A stretch of DNA of 64,000 nucleotides from Candidatus Eiseniibacteriota bacterium. Lineage in GTDB: Bacteria; Eisenbacteria; RBG-16-71-46. A program made the translations under genes and the position numbers. Below the pieces are notes generated by a model, which was given only the letters and a program-made list of their open reading frames with translations, did not search any database and was not told the DNA's origin. Position 1 is the stretch's first letter, and every line of letters starts with the position of its first letter. Location: positions 96,001 to 160,000 of the forward strand of contig JBGAML010000001.1 in assembly GCA_044223005.1 (NCBI GenBank), written 5' to 3'. This document shows, in pieces, positions 37,597 to 46,453 of this stretch.

Positions 37597-40416
37597 ATGC
37601 CCGCGCCGCCCCTGCTGCGACGGCTCGTCCGCGGACTCGCCTGGTCGATCGCCATGAGCGTGGCCGCGTTCGTGACCTGGACGTGGCTCCGCCCCGAGCT
37701 GGTGCCACCGGTTTCGCCCGGCGTCGGCATCGCGCTCGCGGCGATGCTGGTGGAAGGGGCCACCATGCTGCCGTGGGTGTTCGCCGCGTTCGCGACGAGT
37801 GCGGCACTCGTGGGTGCGCCCGCCGCGGGCGCGACGGCGGCAGCCGTGATCGGGACGCTGCAGGTGGTCGCGGCCTGGACCGCGATCCGGCACGCGTTCC
37901 GGCTGCGCGGCGACCTCGCGAGCCTGCGCGAAGTCTCGCTCTTCTTCGTCGCCGCGCTCGTCGCGTCGCTGCTCGGCGCCACGCTCGGCGCCGCCGGGCT
38001 GCTGCGGTTCGCCTCGCCCGCCGAGGTGCCGCCCGTGCCCACGTGGCTCTACCTGTGGACGAGCCAGATGCTCGGCGTGCTGCTGTTCGTGCCGCCGCTC
38101 TACGCGACCTTCCGCGACACCGAGCGGCCGGGTTGGAACCGCGGCACGCTCGAGAGTCTCGCCAGCTCCACGCTCGCGCTGGCGCTCGCCGGCGCACTCT
38201 TCCTCGCGCCCGGCGTATCGATCAACGAAGGCCGGCTGCTGCCGCTCGCGGCGCTGCCACTGCTCGCGTGGGGCGCGCTGCGCGGCCCGCGCATGATCGC
38301 GCTCTGGGTGCCGGTGCCATTCGTGATGCTGGCCGTGGCGGGCTCGCAGCTGCACGTCGGCGTGTTTGAGAACGCCGTGTTCCCCGTCGGCATGCTGACG
38401 TTGCAGGGCATGGCGAGCGCGATCGCCGTGAGCACGCTCGCGATCACCTCGACCGAGCACAGCCGCCGCATGGCGCACCGCGCGACGCGGGCCCGCGAAG
38501 CCCAGCTCCGCCGGGTGCTCGAGAGCACCCGCGACGGCTTCTGGGAGTGGGACGGACGCGCGCAGCGGCTCGACGTGAGCGCGCGACTTTGCGAACTGCT
38601 CGGCGTCGCGCCCGGCGAGCTCTCGCGGTATCCGGACAGCTTTCTCGAGCGCGCGCACCCCGACGATTCCGGTGTCGCGCGCGCCATCGTGATCGAGCAC
38701 CTGCGAGGCAGCGGCGAGCCCTACCACGCCGAATATCGCGTGCGGCACGCCGACGGGCACTGCATCTGGGTGCTCGAACGCGCACGCGTCGCAGAGCGGG
38801 ACACCGACGGCCGTCCCCTGCGCGTGGCCGGGACGCTCACGGACATCAGCCGCCGCAAGCTCGCGGAGCGCGAGCTGCGTGCCGCGCGCGAGATGTTCGA
38901 GAGCTTCATGCGGCACAGTCCCGCGCTCGCCGCGATCCGCGACGCGCAGGGCCGCGTGCTGTTCATGAACGACACCATGGTGCGCTCGGTGTGGGGCGAT
39001 CATCCGCCCGAGTGGCACGGCCGGCACGTGCGTGACCTCTTCCCGCCGCCGGTCGCCGAGATCATCCTCGCCACGGACCGGCGCGTGTTCGAGTCCGGGC
39101 AGTCGGTGGTCGAGGAGCGCCAGCTCTACGCCCCGCGCGAGCCCATGACCGGCATCGTGATGAAGTTCCCGCTGCGCGGCCCCGACGGCGAGCCACTGGT
39201 GGGCGGCGTCGCGGTGGACGTCACCGCGCAGCGCCAGGCCGAAGCCAACCAGCGCGCCTTCGAGGCACGGCTCGACGAGGAACAGCGGCTCGAGAGCCTC
39301 GGCCGCATGGCAGGCGGCGTCGCGCACGACTTCAACAACATCCTCACCGGCATCCTCGGCTGGACCGACCTCGCGCGCGAACAGCTGCCGCCCGGCGACG
39401 ACACGCAGCCCTACCTCACCTCGATCCGCCAGGGCGCGCAGCGCGCGAGCGCGCTCACGCGCCAGATGCTCGCGTGCTCGGGCCGCACCCGCACCGAGGT
39501 GCGGCCGGTGGCGCTGGACGAGCTCGTGCGCGAGATGCAGCCGCTGCTCGAGGTCTCGATCCCGCGGCACGTGAAGCTGGAGGTGCTCGTGCCGGAGGCG
39601 CTGCCGCCGGTGATGGCGGACGAATCGCAGCTGCGCCCGGTGGTGACGAACCTCGTGCTCAACGCCGCCGAAGCCTCGGGAGGCTCGGGCGGCACCGTCA
39701 CGGTCCGGCTCACGTCGCGACGCTTCGCCGGCGACGACCTCGCGTCGCGCTGGAGCGCCGAGCTGCCCCCCGCGGGGCCGTACGTCTCGCTCGAGGTCAC
39801 GGACCACGGATGCGGCATGGGCGAAGAGACGCTCGCGCACGTGTTCGATCCGTTCTTCACGACCAAGTTCCCCGGCCGCGGCCTCGGCCTGCCCGCCGCG
39901 CTCGGGATCGTGCGCGCGCACGGCGGTGTGATGCAGGTCGAGAGCACGCTCGCGCTCGGTTCGACGTTCCGCGTGCTGCTGCCCGCCTGCGCCTCCGACG
40001 CGGCACCCGAGCCGCCGGCCCACACGGGCACGTGGCGCGCCGAGGGCGTGGTGCTGGTCGTGGACGACGAACCCGGCGTGCGCGACATGGCCGGCATGCT
40101 GCTGCGGCGGATCGGCTTCGACGAAGTGCTCGTCGCCGCGACGGGCGCCGAAGGCATCGAGTGCTTCCGCGCGAACGCCGGCCGGATCCGCGTCGTGCTG
40201 CTCGACCTGCACCTGCCCGACGTCCACGGCGTGCGCGTGCTGGCCGCGATGCGCGACGTGCGAGCCGACGTGTGCGTGCTCGTCTCGACCGGCGACGCCG
40301 CACCTGAATGGCCGCGAACGCATGGCGAGCCACCCGCGGGGTTCGTGCCCAAACCCTACCGGCTCTCGGACCTCGCGCGCGCCGTGCGCGACGCGCTGGC
40401 CACCGCGCCCGCCTGA
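37597..40416 (+). CDS. Hybrid sensor kinase (MASE1-like TM, PAS x2, HisKA/HATPase, REC)
   Basis: AHDFNN, NLVLNA, DHGCGM, FDPFFTTK, GRGLGL and LVVDDE motifs. Confidence 0.92.
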   Translation: MPAPPLLRRLVRGLAWSIAMSVAAFVTWTWLRPELVPPVSPGVGIALAAMLVEGATMLPWVFAAFATSAALVGAPAAGATAAAVIGTLQVVAAWTAIRHAFRLRGDLASLREVSLFFVAALVASLLGATLGAAGLLRFASPAEVPPVPTWLYLWTSQMLGVLLFVPPLYATFRDTERPGWNRGTLESLASSTLALALAGALFLAPGVSINEGRLLPLAALPLLAWGALRGPRMIALWVPVPFVMLAVAGSQLHVGVFENAVFPVGMLTLQGMASAIAVSTLAITSTEHSRRMAHRATRAREAQLRRVLESTRDGFWEWDGRAQRLDVSARLCELLGVAPGELSRYPDSFLERAHPDDSGVARAIVIEHLRGSGEPYHAEYRVRHADGHCIWVLERARVAERDTDGRPLRVAGTLTDISRRKLAERELRAAREMFESFMRHSPALAAIRDAQGRVLFMNDTMVRSVWGDHPPEWHGRHVRDLFPPPVAEIILATDRRVFESGQSVVEERQLYAPREPMTGIVMKFPLRGPDGEPLVGGVAVDVTAQRQAEANQRAFEARLDEEQRLESLGRMAGGVAHDFNNILTGILGWTDLAREQLPPGDDTQPYLTSIRQGAQRASALTRQMLACSGRTRTEVRPVALDELVREMQPLLEVSIPRHVKLEVLVPEALPPVMADESQLRPVVTNLVLNAAEASGGSGGTVTVRLTSRRFAGDDLASRWSAELPPAGPYVSLEVTDHGCGMGEETLAHVFDPFFTTKFPGRGLGLPAALGIVRAHGGVMQVESTLALGSTFRVLLPACASDAAPEPPAHTGTWRAEGVVLVVDDEPGVRDMAGMLLRRIGFDEVLVAATGAEGIECFRANAGRIRVVLLDLHLPDVHGVRVLAAMRDVRADVCVLVSTGDAAPEWPRTHGEPPAGFVPKPYRLSDLARAVRDALATAPA

Positions 40417-40471
40417 AACGTCCGCGGCGCGCCCCCGAAGGAGGCGCGCCGCATCGCGGACCCGCGCGAAG

Positions 40472-41317
40472 CTACTTGCGTCGCGGCGTCGCGAAGCTCT
40501 GCGTGGCGAAACCCGCGACCATCGTCGCGAGCGTGTCGGGCTGCTCCTTCATCACGAGCATGCCCGCGTTGGCGATCCGCCGCGGCGCGACCGCCGTCGT
40601 GTCGTCGTAGCCGAACGCCTTGAGCGTGGCGCCCGCGCTCGCGCCTTCCTTCCACTGCCGCTCGGTGAACACGGCGGCGAGCGGCACCTTGAGACCCTTG
40701 ACGTCGTTGTTGCTGTCGGCGCCGAAGATCTGCCGGAAGTACGCCTTCACCGTCGCCGGCGGCACGGCCGCCATGAGCGCGTAGAGCCGCACGTTCTCGA
40801 TCGAGTCACGCCCCATCTTGGAGAACGCCATCTGCGAGAACTGCTCGTAGTTCTCGTCCATGAACTTGATGATCTGGTCGCGCTGCTGGTCGGGAATCGG
40901 GAACGGCGACTTGAGCCGCGTGTCGATCAGGAACACGCCCCGCACGTGCTCGGGATGCGCCGCCGCCGCGCCCAGCGCGAGCATGCCGCCGAGGCCGCTG
41001 CCCACGACGATCGTGCTCTCGGCCTTCTGCGTCGCGAGCAGCGCGTCGAGCGACAGCGACGCCGCCTGCAGCGAGAACGGATCCGGCAGCGGGCTCGAGC
41101 CCTGCCCCGGGATCTCGACCATCACGCAGTGGTAGCGGTCGCGGAGCTTCTTCACGGTCGGCAGCCAGTCGGTGCGCGTACCGCCGAGGCCGGGCACGAA
41201 CACGATCGTCGGACCAGTGCCCATCTCCAGCGTCTGCAGGTTCGGTCCGTCGGCATGCACGAGCGCGGCCGTCGTGGCGACGACCAGCGCACTGATCCAC
41301 AAGGCTCTGAGTTTCAC
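40472..41317 (-). CDS. Secreted alpha/beta-hydrolase-fold protein, probably catalytically inactive
   Basis: The fold motifs are present, but GSGLGG replaces GHSxGG and GMLVM replaces GHxxM. Confidence 0.8.
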   Translation of the reverse strand: MKLRALWISALVVATTAALVHADGPNLQTLEMGTGPTIVFVPGLGGTRTDWLPTVKKLRDRYHCVMVEIPGQGSSPLPDPFSLQAASLSLDALLATQKAESTIVVGSGLGGMLALGAAAAHPEHVRGVFLIDTRLKSPFPIPDQQRDQIIKFMDENYEQFSQMAFSKMGRDSIENVRLYALMAAVPPATVKAYFRQIFGADSNNDVKGLKVPLAAVFTERQWKEGASAGATLKAFGYDDTTAVAPRRIANAGMLVMKEQPDTLATMVAGFATQSFATPRRK

Positions 41318-41447
41318 GGGGGTCCCTCTCCCTGGACGTTCGCGTGGGGCTTCCGCGGCTCTTCTTACACCCGGGTCCGCGGGCGCGCCACCGCGCGAGG
41401 GCGAACGCAGCACCCGCCGGGTATCGACGCGATTTCGGACTTGCGTC

Positions 41448-41465
41448 ACTGCACATTTGTGCAGT
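41448..41465 (+). promoter_or_regulatory. Putative LexA/SOS operator in a sigma-70 promoter spacer
   Basis: Palindrome ACTGCACA-TT-TGTGCAGT, between TTGCGT (41441) and TAATGT (41465). Confidence 0.75.
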
Positions 41466-41547
41466 AATGTGCCGTGCACCGGCGGAGCCCGCCGCGCCGC
41501 GCCGGCGCGGGACGGCCGCCGGGAAACCCCGCTGGACGAACGGCCCC

Positions 41548-41802
41548 ATGCGAAGCGAAGCGATCGACGAAGCGGTGGCGGTCCGGGCCGATTTCAGCGG
41601 CGGCACGGTCACGCCCGTGGCGTTCCGGCGCCGCGGGCGCGAGCACCGCGTGAAGCGCGTCAACACGCGGTGGGTGGATCGCGCCGGGCGGCACCCGTGC
41701 TTCTACTTCTCCGTCACCGACGAGAGCGGCGACGTCTACCAGCTGCAGCTGCAGTCGGGCGACCTCGTGTGGTGGCTCGACACGGTGACCATGGAGGCCT
41801 GA
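41548..41802 (+). CDS. Small DUF6504/ImuB-C-like protein
   Basis: PVAFRRRGREHRV..W..YFSV..GDVYQL..WWL pattern. Lies downstream of the SOS-like box. Confidence 0.65.
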   Translation: MRSEAIDEAVAVRADFSGGTVTPVAFRRRGREHRVKRVNTRWVDRAGRHPCFYFSVTDESGDVYQLQLQSGDLVWWLDTVTMEA

Positions 41803-42205
41803 CGCGACTCGCCCGGGCGCGGCGCCAGGTCGGCCGCAGGACGCGGACGGCCTTCGGGCACGAACGGATGGCACCCGTAGACCCGCGACGAGGCGCCGTG
41901 GCCGGGCGAAGGCGGTGGAATGCAGTGACGTAAGGAAGCAAGCGGCCGACGCGCCGCTCGAGGCAGTACCGGGCGCGCTCGTGTCCGGCACCGGCAATCG
42001 CGGGGATGGTCGGTCCGGCACGGCGCGCCCGGGGAACGTGACGGAACGCGGGGCGCCTCGTGCCCCGTGATTCGTCGCGCATCGCGGAACCGCGCGGCCG
42101 TGCGGGCCATGGCACGCGCCGCGCGGCTGCGATCGCCCGTGCGCCCCGCGCGGCGAGACCCTAGACTGGGCGTCCCCTGCGTTCGCCCCCGCACCGGAGA
42201 CCGAC

Positions 42206-42913
42206 ATGAGCAGCTACTTCACCGCCGACTCGCTGCGGTTCCTGCGGGGCCTGGCGCGCAACAACAAGAAGACCTGGTTCGAGGCGCACCGGACCGAGTA
42301 CGAGCAGCACGTCAAGCAGCCGATGATCGAGCTCGTCGAGGAACTCGTCGTGCGCCTCTCGCACGTGGCGCCCGAGATGACCGGCGACCCCAAGCGCTCG
42401 ATCTTCCGCATCTACCGCGACGTGCGCTTCTCCAGCGACAAGTCGCCGTACAAGACGCACGCGGCGTGCTGGTTCTACCACTCCGCGGCTTCGTCCAAGG
42501 TGGGCCGCGAAGCGGACGGCGGCGGTGCCGGGCTCTACTTCCACCTGCAGCCGGGCGCCTCGTTCGTGGGCGGCGGCTGCTGGATGCCGCCGCGGCCGGC
42601 CCTCAAGCGCTTCCGCGACGCGATCGTCGCCGACACGCGGAGCTTCGAGCGCATCGTGCTCGCACCCGCGCTCAAGAAGCGCATGGGCAAGCTGAGCGAG
42701 GACAGCATGCTCACGCGCGTGCCACGCGGCTTCGACCCGGAGCACCCGTCGGCACCGTGGCTGCGCTACCAGTCGTTCACGGTCGGCCGCGCGCTCACCG
42801 ACGCGCAGGTGACGAGCGCGCGGCTCACCGCCACGTTGATCGAGGACTTCGGGCGCATCATGCCACTCGTGCGCTGGCTCAACGGCACGCTCGGGTTCGA
42901 AGCGGGCGACTGA
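42206..42913 (+). CDS. DUF2461 (TIGR02453) family protein
   Basis: NNKKTWFEAHRTEYE, FRIYRDVRFSSDKSPYK and PRGF motifs. Confidence 0.9.
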   Translation: MSSYFTADSLRFLRGLARNNKKTWFEAHRTEYEQHVKQPMIELVEELVVRLSHVAPEMTGDPKRSIFRIYRDVRFSSDKSPYKTHAACWFYHSAASSKVGREADGGGAGLYFHLQPGASFVGGGCWMPPRPALKRFRDAIVADTRSFERIVLAPALKKRMGKLSEDSMLTRVPRGFDPEHPSAPWLRYQSFTVGRALTDAQVTSARLTATLIEDFGRIMPLVRWLNGTLGFEAGD

Positions 42914-42974
42914 AACGTCGCGGCGTGCGCCGCGCACGCCGCGAATCACCACCCTCCCCCGGATCGGATGAGCG

Positions 42975-43232
42975 ATGTTCTCGCCCATGCACCTGTTCGG
43001 CCTGTTGCCGGGGCGCATCCAGTACGTGATCTGGATGACGGCGTTCGCGATCATGGCCGCGCTCGGCGTCCTGGGCGTGGTGCGCCTCGCGAGCGCCGGC
43101 GAGTGGGGCTACGCGATCGTACCTGCCCTGATGCTCGCGTTCGCGCTCTGGGCCATGTCCCGCGTGCGCGCGCTCGTGCGCACCGAGCAGGCCGCGCGCG
43201 CCTCCGGAGATCGCCCGGATCCGATCGAGTGA
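42975..43232 (+). CDS. Small 2-TM hypothetical protein
   Basis: Two hydrophobic segments and host-like codon usage. Confidence 0.55.
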   Translation: MFSPMHLFGLLPGRIQYVIWMTAFAIMAALGVLGVVRLASAGEWGYAIVPALMLAFALWAMSRVRALVRTEQAARASGDRPDPIE

Positions 43233-43335
43233 GAGACGCGCGACGCCGGTCAGCGGCGTATCACGAGGTGGGAAGTTGAACGCGAAGGACAAGCGCACCG
43301 GGGTCGGGCGGGCAACGCAAGGAGACCAGAGCTCG

Positions 43336-43839
43336 ATGGCCAAAACGATATCGCCGACCGCCCTCACGCTTGCGATACCCGTGATCGTGATGTGTGTTGC
43401 GCTGGCGTCGGCACGGGCGCAGGCTCCCGACAGTCGTCGCATGGCACCGGGGCGCTTCCTGAGTGTCATGGTGAGCAGCAACGACGACCTCACCGTCGTC
43501 GACCCGCTTGGCCGGACTGTGCGAGCCGGTTCCGGTGTGCCTGATTCGCTGTGGCGTTCGGAGTTCGAGGCAAACTGCTCCGTGTTGCCCGAAGGCGTCT
43601 CGGTGCTCGTGACCGACCCGTCATCGGGGAGATGGCACGTCTATGCAGCGGTCGAGTCAGCGGGTGCGACCGCGCAATTGACCGTCGGGTACTGGCAGGT
43701 CGGTGTAGTCCGTAGCGAGGTGAAGCAGGTTCCTTCGAGGGCGTACGCGCACTGGGCCCTGACTCTCCGACCTCCAGGAGCGCGTGCGCCCGGTCTTCTG
43801 CGCGTGTCGGAGCACGGGACCGCGAGGAAGATCCACTGA
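43336..43839 (+). CDS. Hypothetical secreted protein (atypical composition)
   Basis: GGAG RBS. Signal-like N-terminus ending ARA-Q. Visibly lower GC3. Confidence 0.5.
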   Translation: MAKTISPTALTLAIPVIVMCVALASARAQAPDSRRMAPGRFLSVMVSSNDDLTVVDPLGRTVRAGSGVPDSLWRSEFEANCSVLPEGVSVLVTDPSSGRWHVYAAVESAGATAQLTVGYWQVGVVRSEVKQVPSRAYAHWALTLRPPGARAPGLLRVSEHGTARKIH

Positions 43840-43888
43840 TCCGGGAATCACCGGCACGCCCCGCGCCTGGGGATACGAGGAGTGCAAG

Positions 43889-44113
43889 ATGAATGGCCAG
43901 CCGAAGCCCCGCGATCCCGACGAGCTCTCCGTTTCGGAGAAGATCATCCGCGTTCAGGACCTGTGGGACGACATCGCGCGATCGCCCCGTGACGTCGAGA
44001 TCACGCCGGCGCAGCGCGAGGAAGCCGAGCGCCGCTTGCTCGCCCACGAGAACCATCCGCAGGAGTGTTCTTCGTGGGAAGCGATCCAGCGCCGGCTGGA
44101 AGGCGAGCGGTGA
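43889..44113 (+). CDS. Addiction-module antitoxin (TIGR02574-like)
   Basis: LSVSEKI..LWDDI..EAERRL..SWE pattern. Overlaps the toxin start. Confidence 0.8.
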   Translation: MNGQPKPRDPDELSVSEKIIRVQDLWDDIARSPRDVEITPAQREEAERRLLAHENHPQECSSWEAIQRRLEGER

Positions 44114-44442
44114 GGCGCCCGGTTCATCTGCTGCCCGAAGCGGAACGAGAACTGGAAGATGCGTTCAGGTGGTATGAACGCCAACGGAAGGGGCTCGGTC
44201 TCGAGTTCCTGCTCGCATTCGACGCAGTGGTCGAGAACCTGCGGCGCCTTCCCGAGGGACACGAACTCGTCGCACTCCGGACACGCAAGGTACTCTTGCG
44301 GCGTTTCCCCTATCTCGTGCTGTACGCGGTGGAGGCCGACCGCATCCTGGTCACGGCGGTCTTCCACGGCCGGCGCGATCCTCGGCGTCGATCGGATCGC
44401 GTTCGCGAGGCCGCTCCCGACATGGCACGCGCCTCCGCGTGA
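44110..44442 (+). CDS. RelE/ParE-family toxin
   Basis: PEAERELEDAFRWYE..GLGLEF..RRFPY..VTAVFHGRRDP. Confidence 0.88.
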   Translation: MRRPVHLLPEAERELEDAFRWYERQRKGLGLEFLLAFDAVVENLRRLPEGHELVALRTRKVLLRRFPYLVLYAVEADRILVTAVFHGRRDPRRRSDRVREAAPDMARASA

Positions 44443-44575
44443 CGTCTTCATGCGGCGGGTCGTCCGCCGCACGTTCTCCAGTCGTGCCGCGATATCGCGG
44501 CCGCGACGCCATCCCCCAAGGCACTCCGTCGGACCCGTCCCGAACCACGATCGACTCTCCAATCGTGCTTGCCTG

Positions 44576-44591
44576 CTGCACATTTGTGCAG
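44576..44591 (+). promoter_or_regulatory. Putative LexA/SOS operator upstream of dinB
   Basis: Identical CTGCACATTTGTGCAG inside the 17-bp spacer between TTGCCT (44569) and TAGCCT (44592). Confidence 0.8.
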
Positions 44592-44639
44592 TAGCCTGAA
44601 GGCACATCGAATCGCCTCCCACCCGCGGAAGACGCCCCC

Positions 44640-45845
44640 ATGTCCCGCACCGTGCTGCACGTCGACATCGACGCGTTCTTCGCCTCCATCGAGCAGCAGC
44701 GCACGCCCGCGCTGCGCGGCAAGCCGGTGATCGTGGGGGCGGGCGTGATCGCGTCGTGTTCGTACGAGGCGCGCCGCCACGGGCTGCACGCGGGCATGAC
44801 GCTCACCGAGGCGAAGCGTCTCTGCCCCGACGCGGTGATCGTCGAGGGGCACGCGCAGGTCTATCGCTGCTTCGCCGAGCGCATCTTCGACCGCTGCCGC
44901 GAGCTCTCGCCCGACGTCGAGACGTACCTCGACGAAGCCTATGTCGAGCTCACGGGCACCGAGCGCGTGCACGGCGACTTCCGCGACGCGGGCTCGCGGC
45001 TGCGCGCGGCGATCCTCGCCGATACGGGCCTCACGGTGACGTGCGGCATCGCGCCCAACCGCATGCTCGCCAAGCTCGTCGGCAAGACGGTCAAACCCGA
45101 CGGCCTGGCGTCGCTCGCCGAGGAGGACGCGGACGCGTTCCTGGTCGACCGTCCGATCGAGCAGCTCGCGGGCGTGGGGCGCGCGCACGCCAGGACGCTG
45201 CGCTCGATGAACGTGGGCACGATCGGGGCGCTGCGTGCGTTCCCCGCGCCGGCGCTCGAGGCGCTCTTCGGCGCGCCGGGGCGGCTGCTGTTCGAGCGCT
45301 GCCGCGGCCGCGACACGGCGCCGGTCACGGCGCGCGAGATCCCGGTCACGCTCTCGCGCGAGACGTCGTTCCACCGCGACACGGGCGACCTCGCCGAGAT
45401 CGACGGCATGCTCGAGTACCTGGTCGGCCGCGCGTGTCGCGCCGTGCGCGAGCTGGACCTGGCGGCACGCACGGTGGCGGTGCGGCTGCGCTACTCGGAC
45501 GGCGAGGGCGCCGAGCAGGCGCGTTCGCTCCGCAGCCCCAGCGCGGTGGATCCGGTGGTGCTGGCGCTCGCGCTCGAGCTGCGCGCGCGGCTCTTCACGC
45601 GCCGCGTCTCGCTGCACGCGATCGGCGTCACGCTGTCGGGCTTCGCGCGCGACGCGGCCGAGCAGGGCGCGCTCTTCGACGAGGTGGAGGCGGGCCGTCG
45701 CGCGGCGCTCTGCGAGGCGCTGGACGACGTGCGCGGCAACTTCGGCCACGGCGTCGTGGTCTCGGGCCGCGCGCTCCACCTGAAGGGCCGCGTCGCGCAG
45801 GACCGCCACGGGTTCGTGCTGCGCACGCCGTCGCTCACCAAGTGA
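44640..45845 (+). CDS. dinB: Y-family DNA polymerase (DinB/Pol IV-like, catalytic residues intact)
   Basis: HVDIDAFFA, SYEAR, LDEAY, AK..KPDG motifs. QGALF clamp-binding-like motif. Confidence 0.9.
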   Translation: MSRTVLHVDIDAFFASIEQQRTPALRGKPVIVGAGVIASCSYEARRHGLHAGMTLTEAKRLCPDAVIVEGHAQVYRCFAERIFDRCRELSPDVETYLDEAYVELTGTERVHGDFRDAGSRLRAAILADTGLTVTCGIAPNRMLAKLVGKTVKPDGLASLAEEDADAFLVDRPIEQLAGVGRAHARTLRSMNVGTIGALRAFPAPALEALFGAPGRLLFERCRGRDTAPVTAREIPVTLSRETSFHRDTGDLAEIDGMLEYLVGRACRAVRELDLAARTVAVRLRYSDGEGAEQARSLRSPSAVDPVVLALALELRARLFTRRVSLHAIGVTLSGFARDAAEQGALFDEVEAGRRAALCEALDDVRGNFGHGVVVSGRALHLKGRVAQDRHGFVLRTPSLTK

Positions 45846-45861
45846 TCCGGAGGACCATCCC

Positions 45862-46428
45862 GTGACGCCCCGACGACTCGAGCTCCCTCCCCTGCCCGTG
45901 CCGGGCGCCCCGCGCGTCCTGCTGCTCACCGGCACCTGCGGCAGCGGCAAATCCACCATCGCGGAAATCCTCGGCGCGCGCCCGGGCTGGGCACACGTCT
46001 CCGAGGACACGATCTGGGCGTCGTGCATCGGGCGCGACCGCGGCGCGTTCGGGAGCCCGGAGCACCGGGCGAAGCGCCGGCTGGTGCACGCCATCGCGTT
46101 CGCCGCGATCCGCGCGGCGATCGCCTGCCGCGGCCGCGTGGTGCTGGACGCCACGGTGCACGAATCGCCACCCGAATCGTACGAGGAGTACCGCGCGTTC
46201 TTCCGCCGCGAGGAGATCCCGTGGGCGCTGCGCGTGCTGCACCCGGACCTGGACGTGGCGGTGGCGCGCGACGCGGCGCGCGACGGCTGGCGCGCGGGCC
46301 GCGAGCGCGTCGCGAACCTGCGCGAGAAGTTCACGGCCCACGCGTTCCCGCCCGCCTGGTACCTCGACACGTCGCGCGACACGCCACAGGACACGGTGCG
46401 CCGGCTCGTCGACTGCGGCCTGGCCTGA
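45862..46428 (+). CDS. P-loop kinase (AAA_33-like)
   Basis: GTCGSGKST Walker A, VVLDAT, LDTS. Confidence 0.8.
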   Translation: MTPRRLELPPLPVPGAPRVLLLTGTCGSGKSTIAEILGARPGWAHVSEDTIWASCIGRDRGAFGSPEHRAKRRLVHAIAFAAIRAAIACRGRVVLDATVHESPPESYEEYRAFFRREEIPWALRVLHPDLDVAVARDAARDGWRAGRERVANLREKFTAHAFPPAWYLDTSRDTPQDTVRRLVDCGLA

Positions 46429-46453
46429 ACGGCTCGCCCGCCCCGGAGCGACC

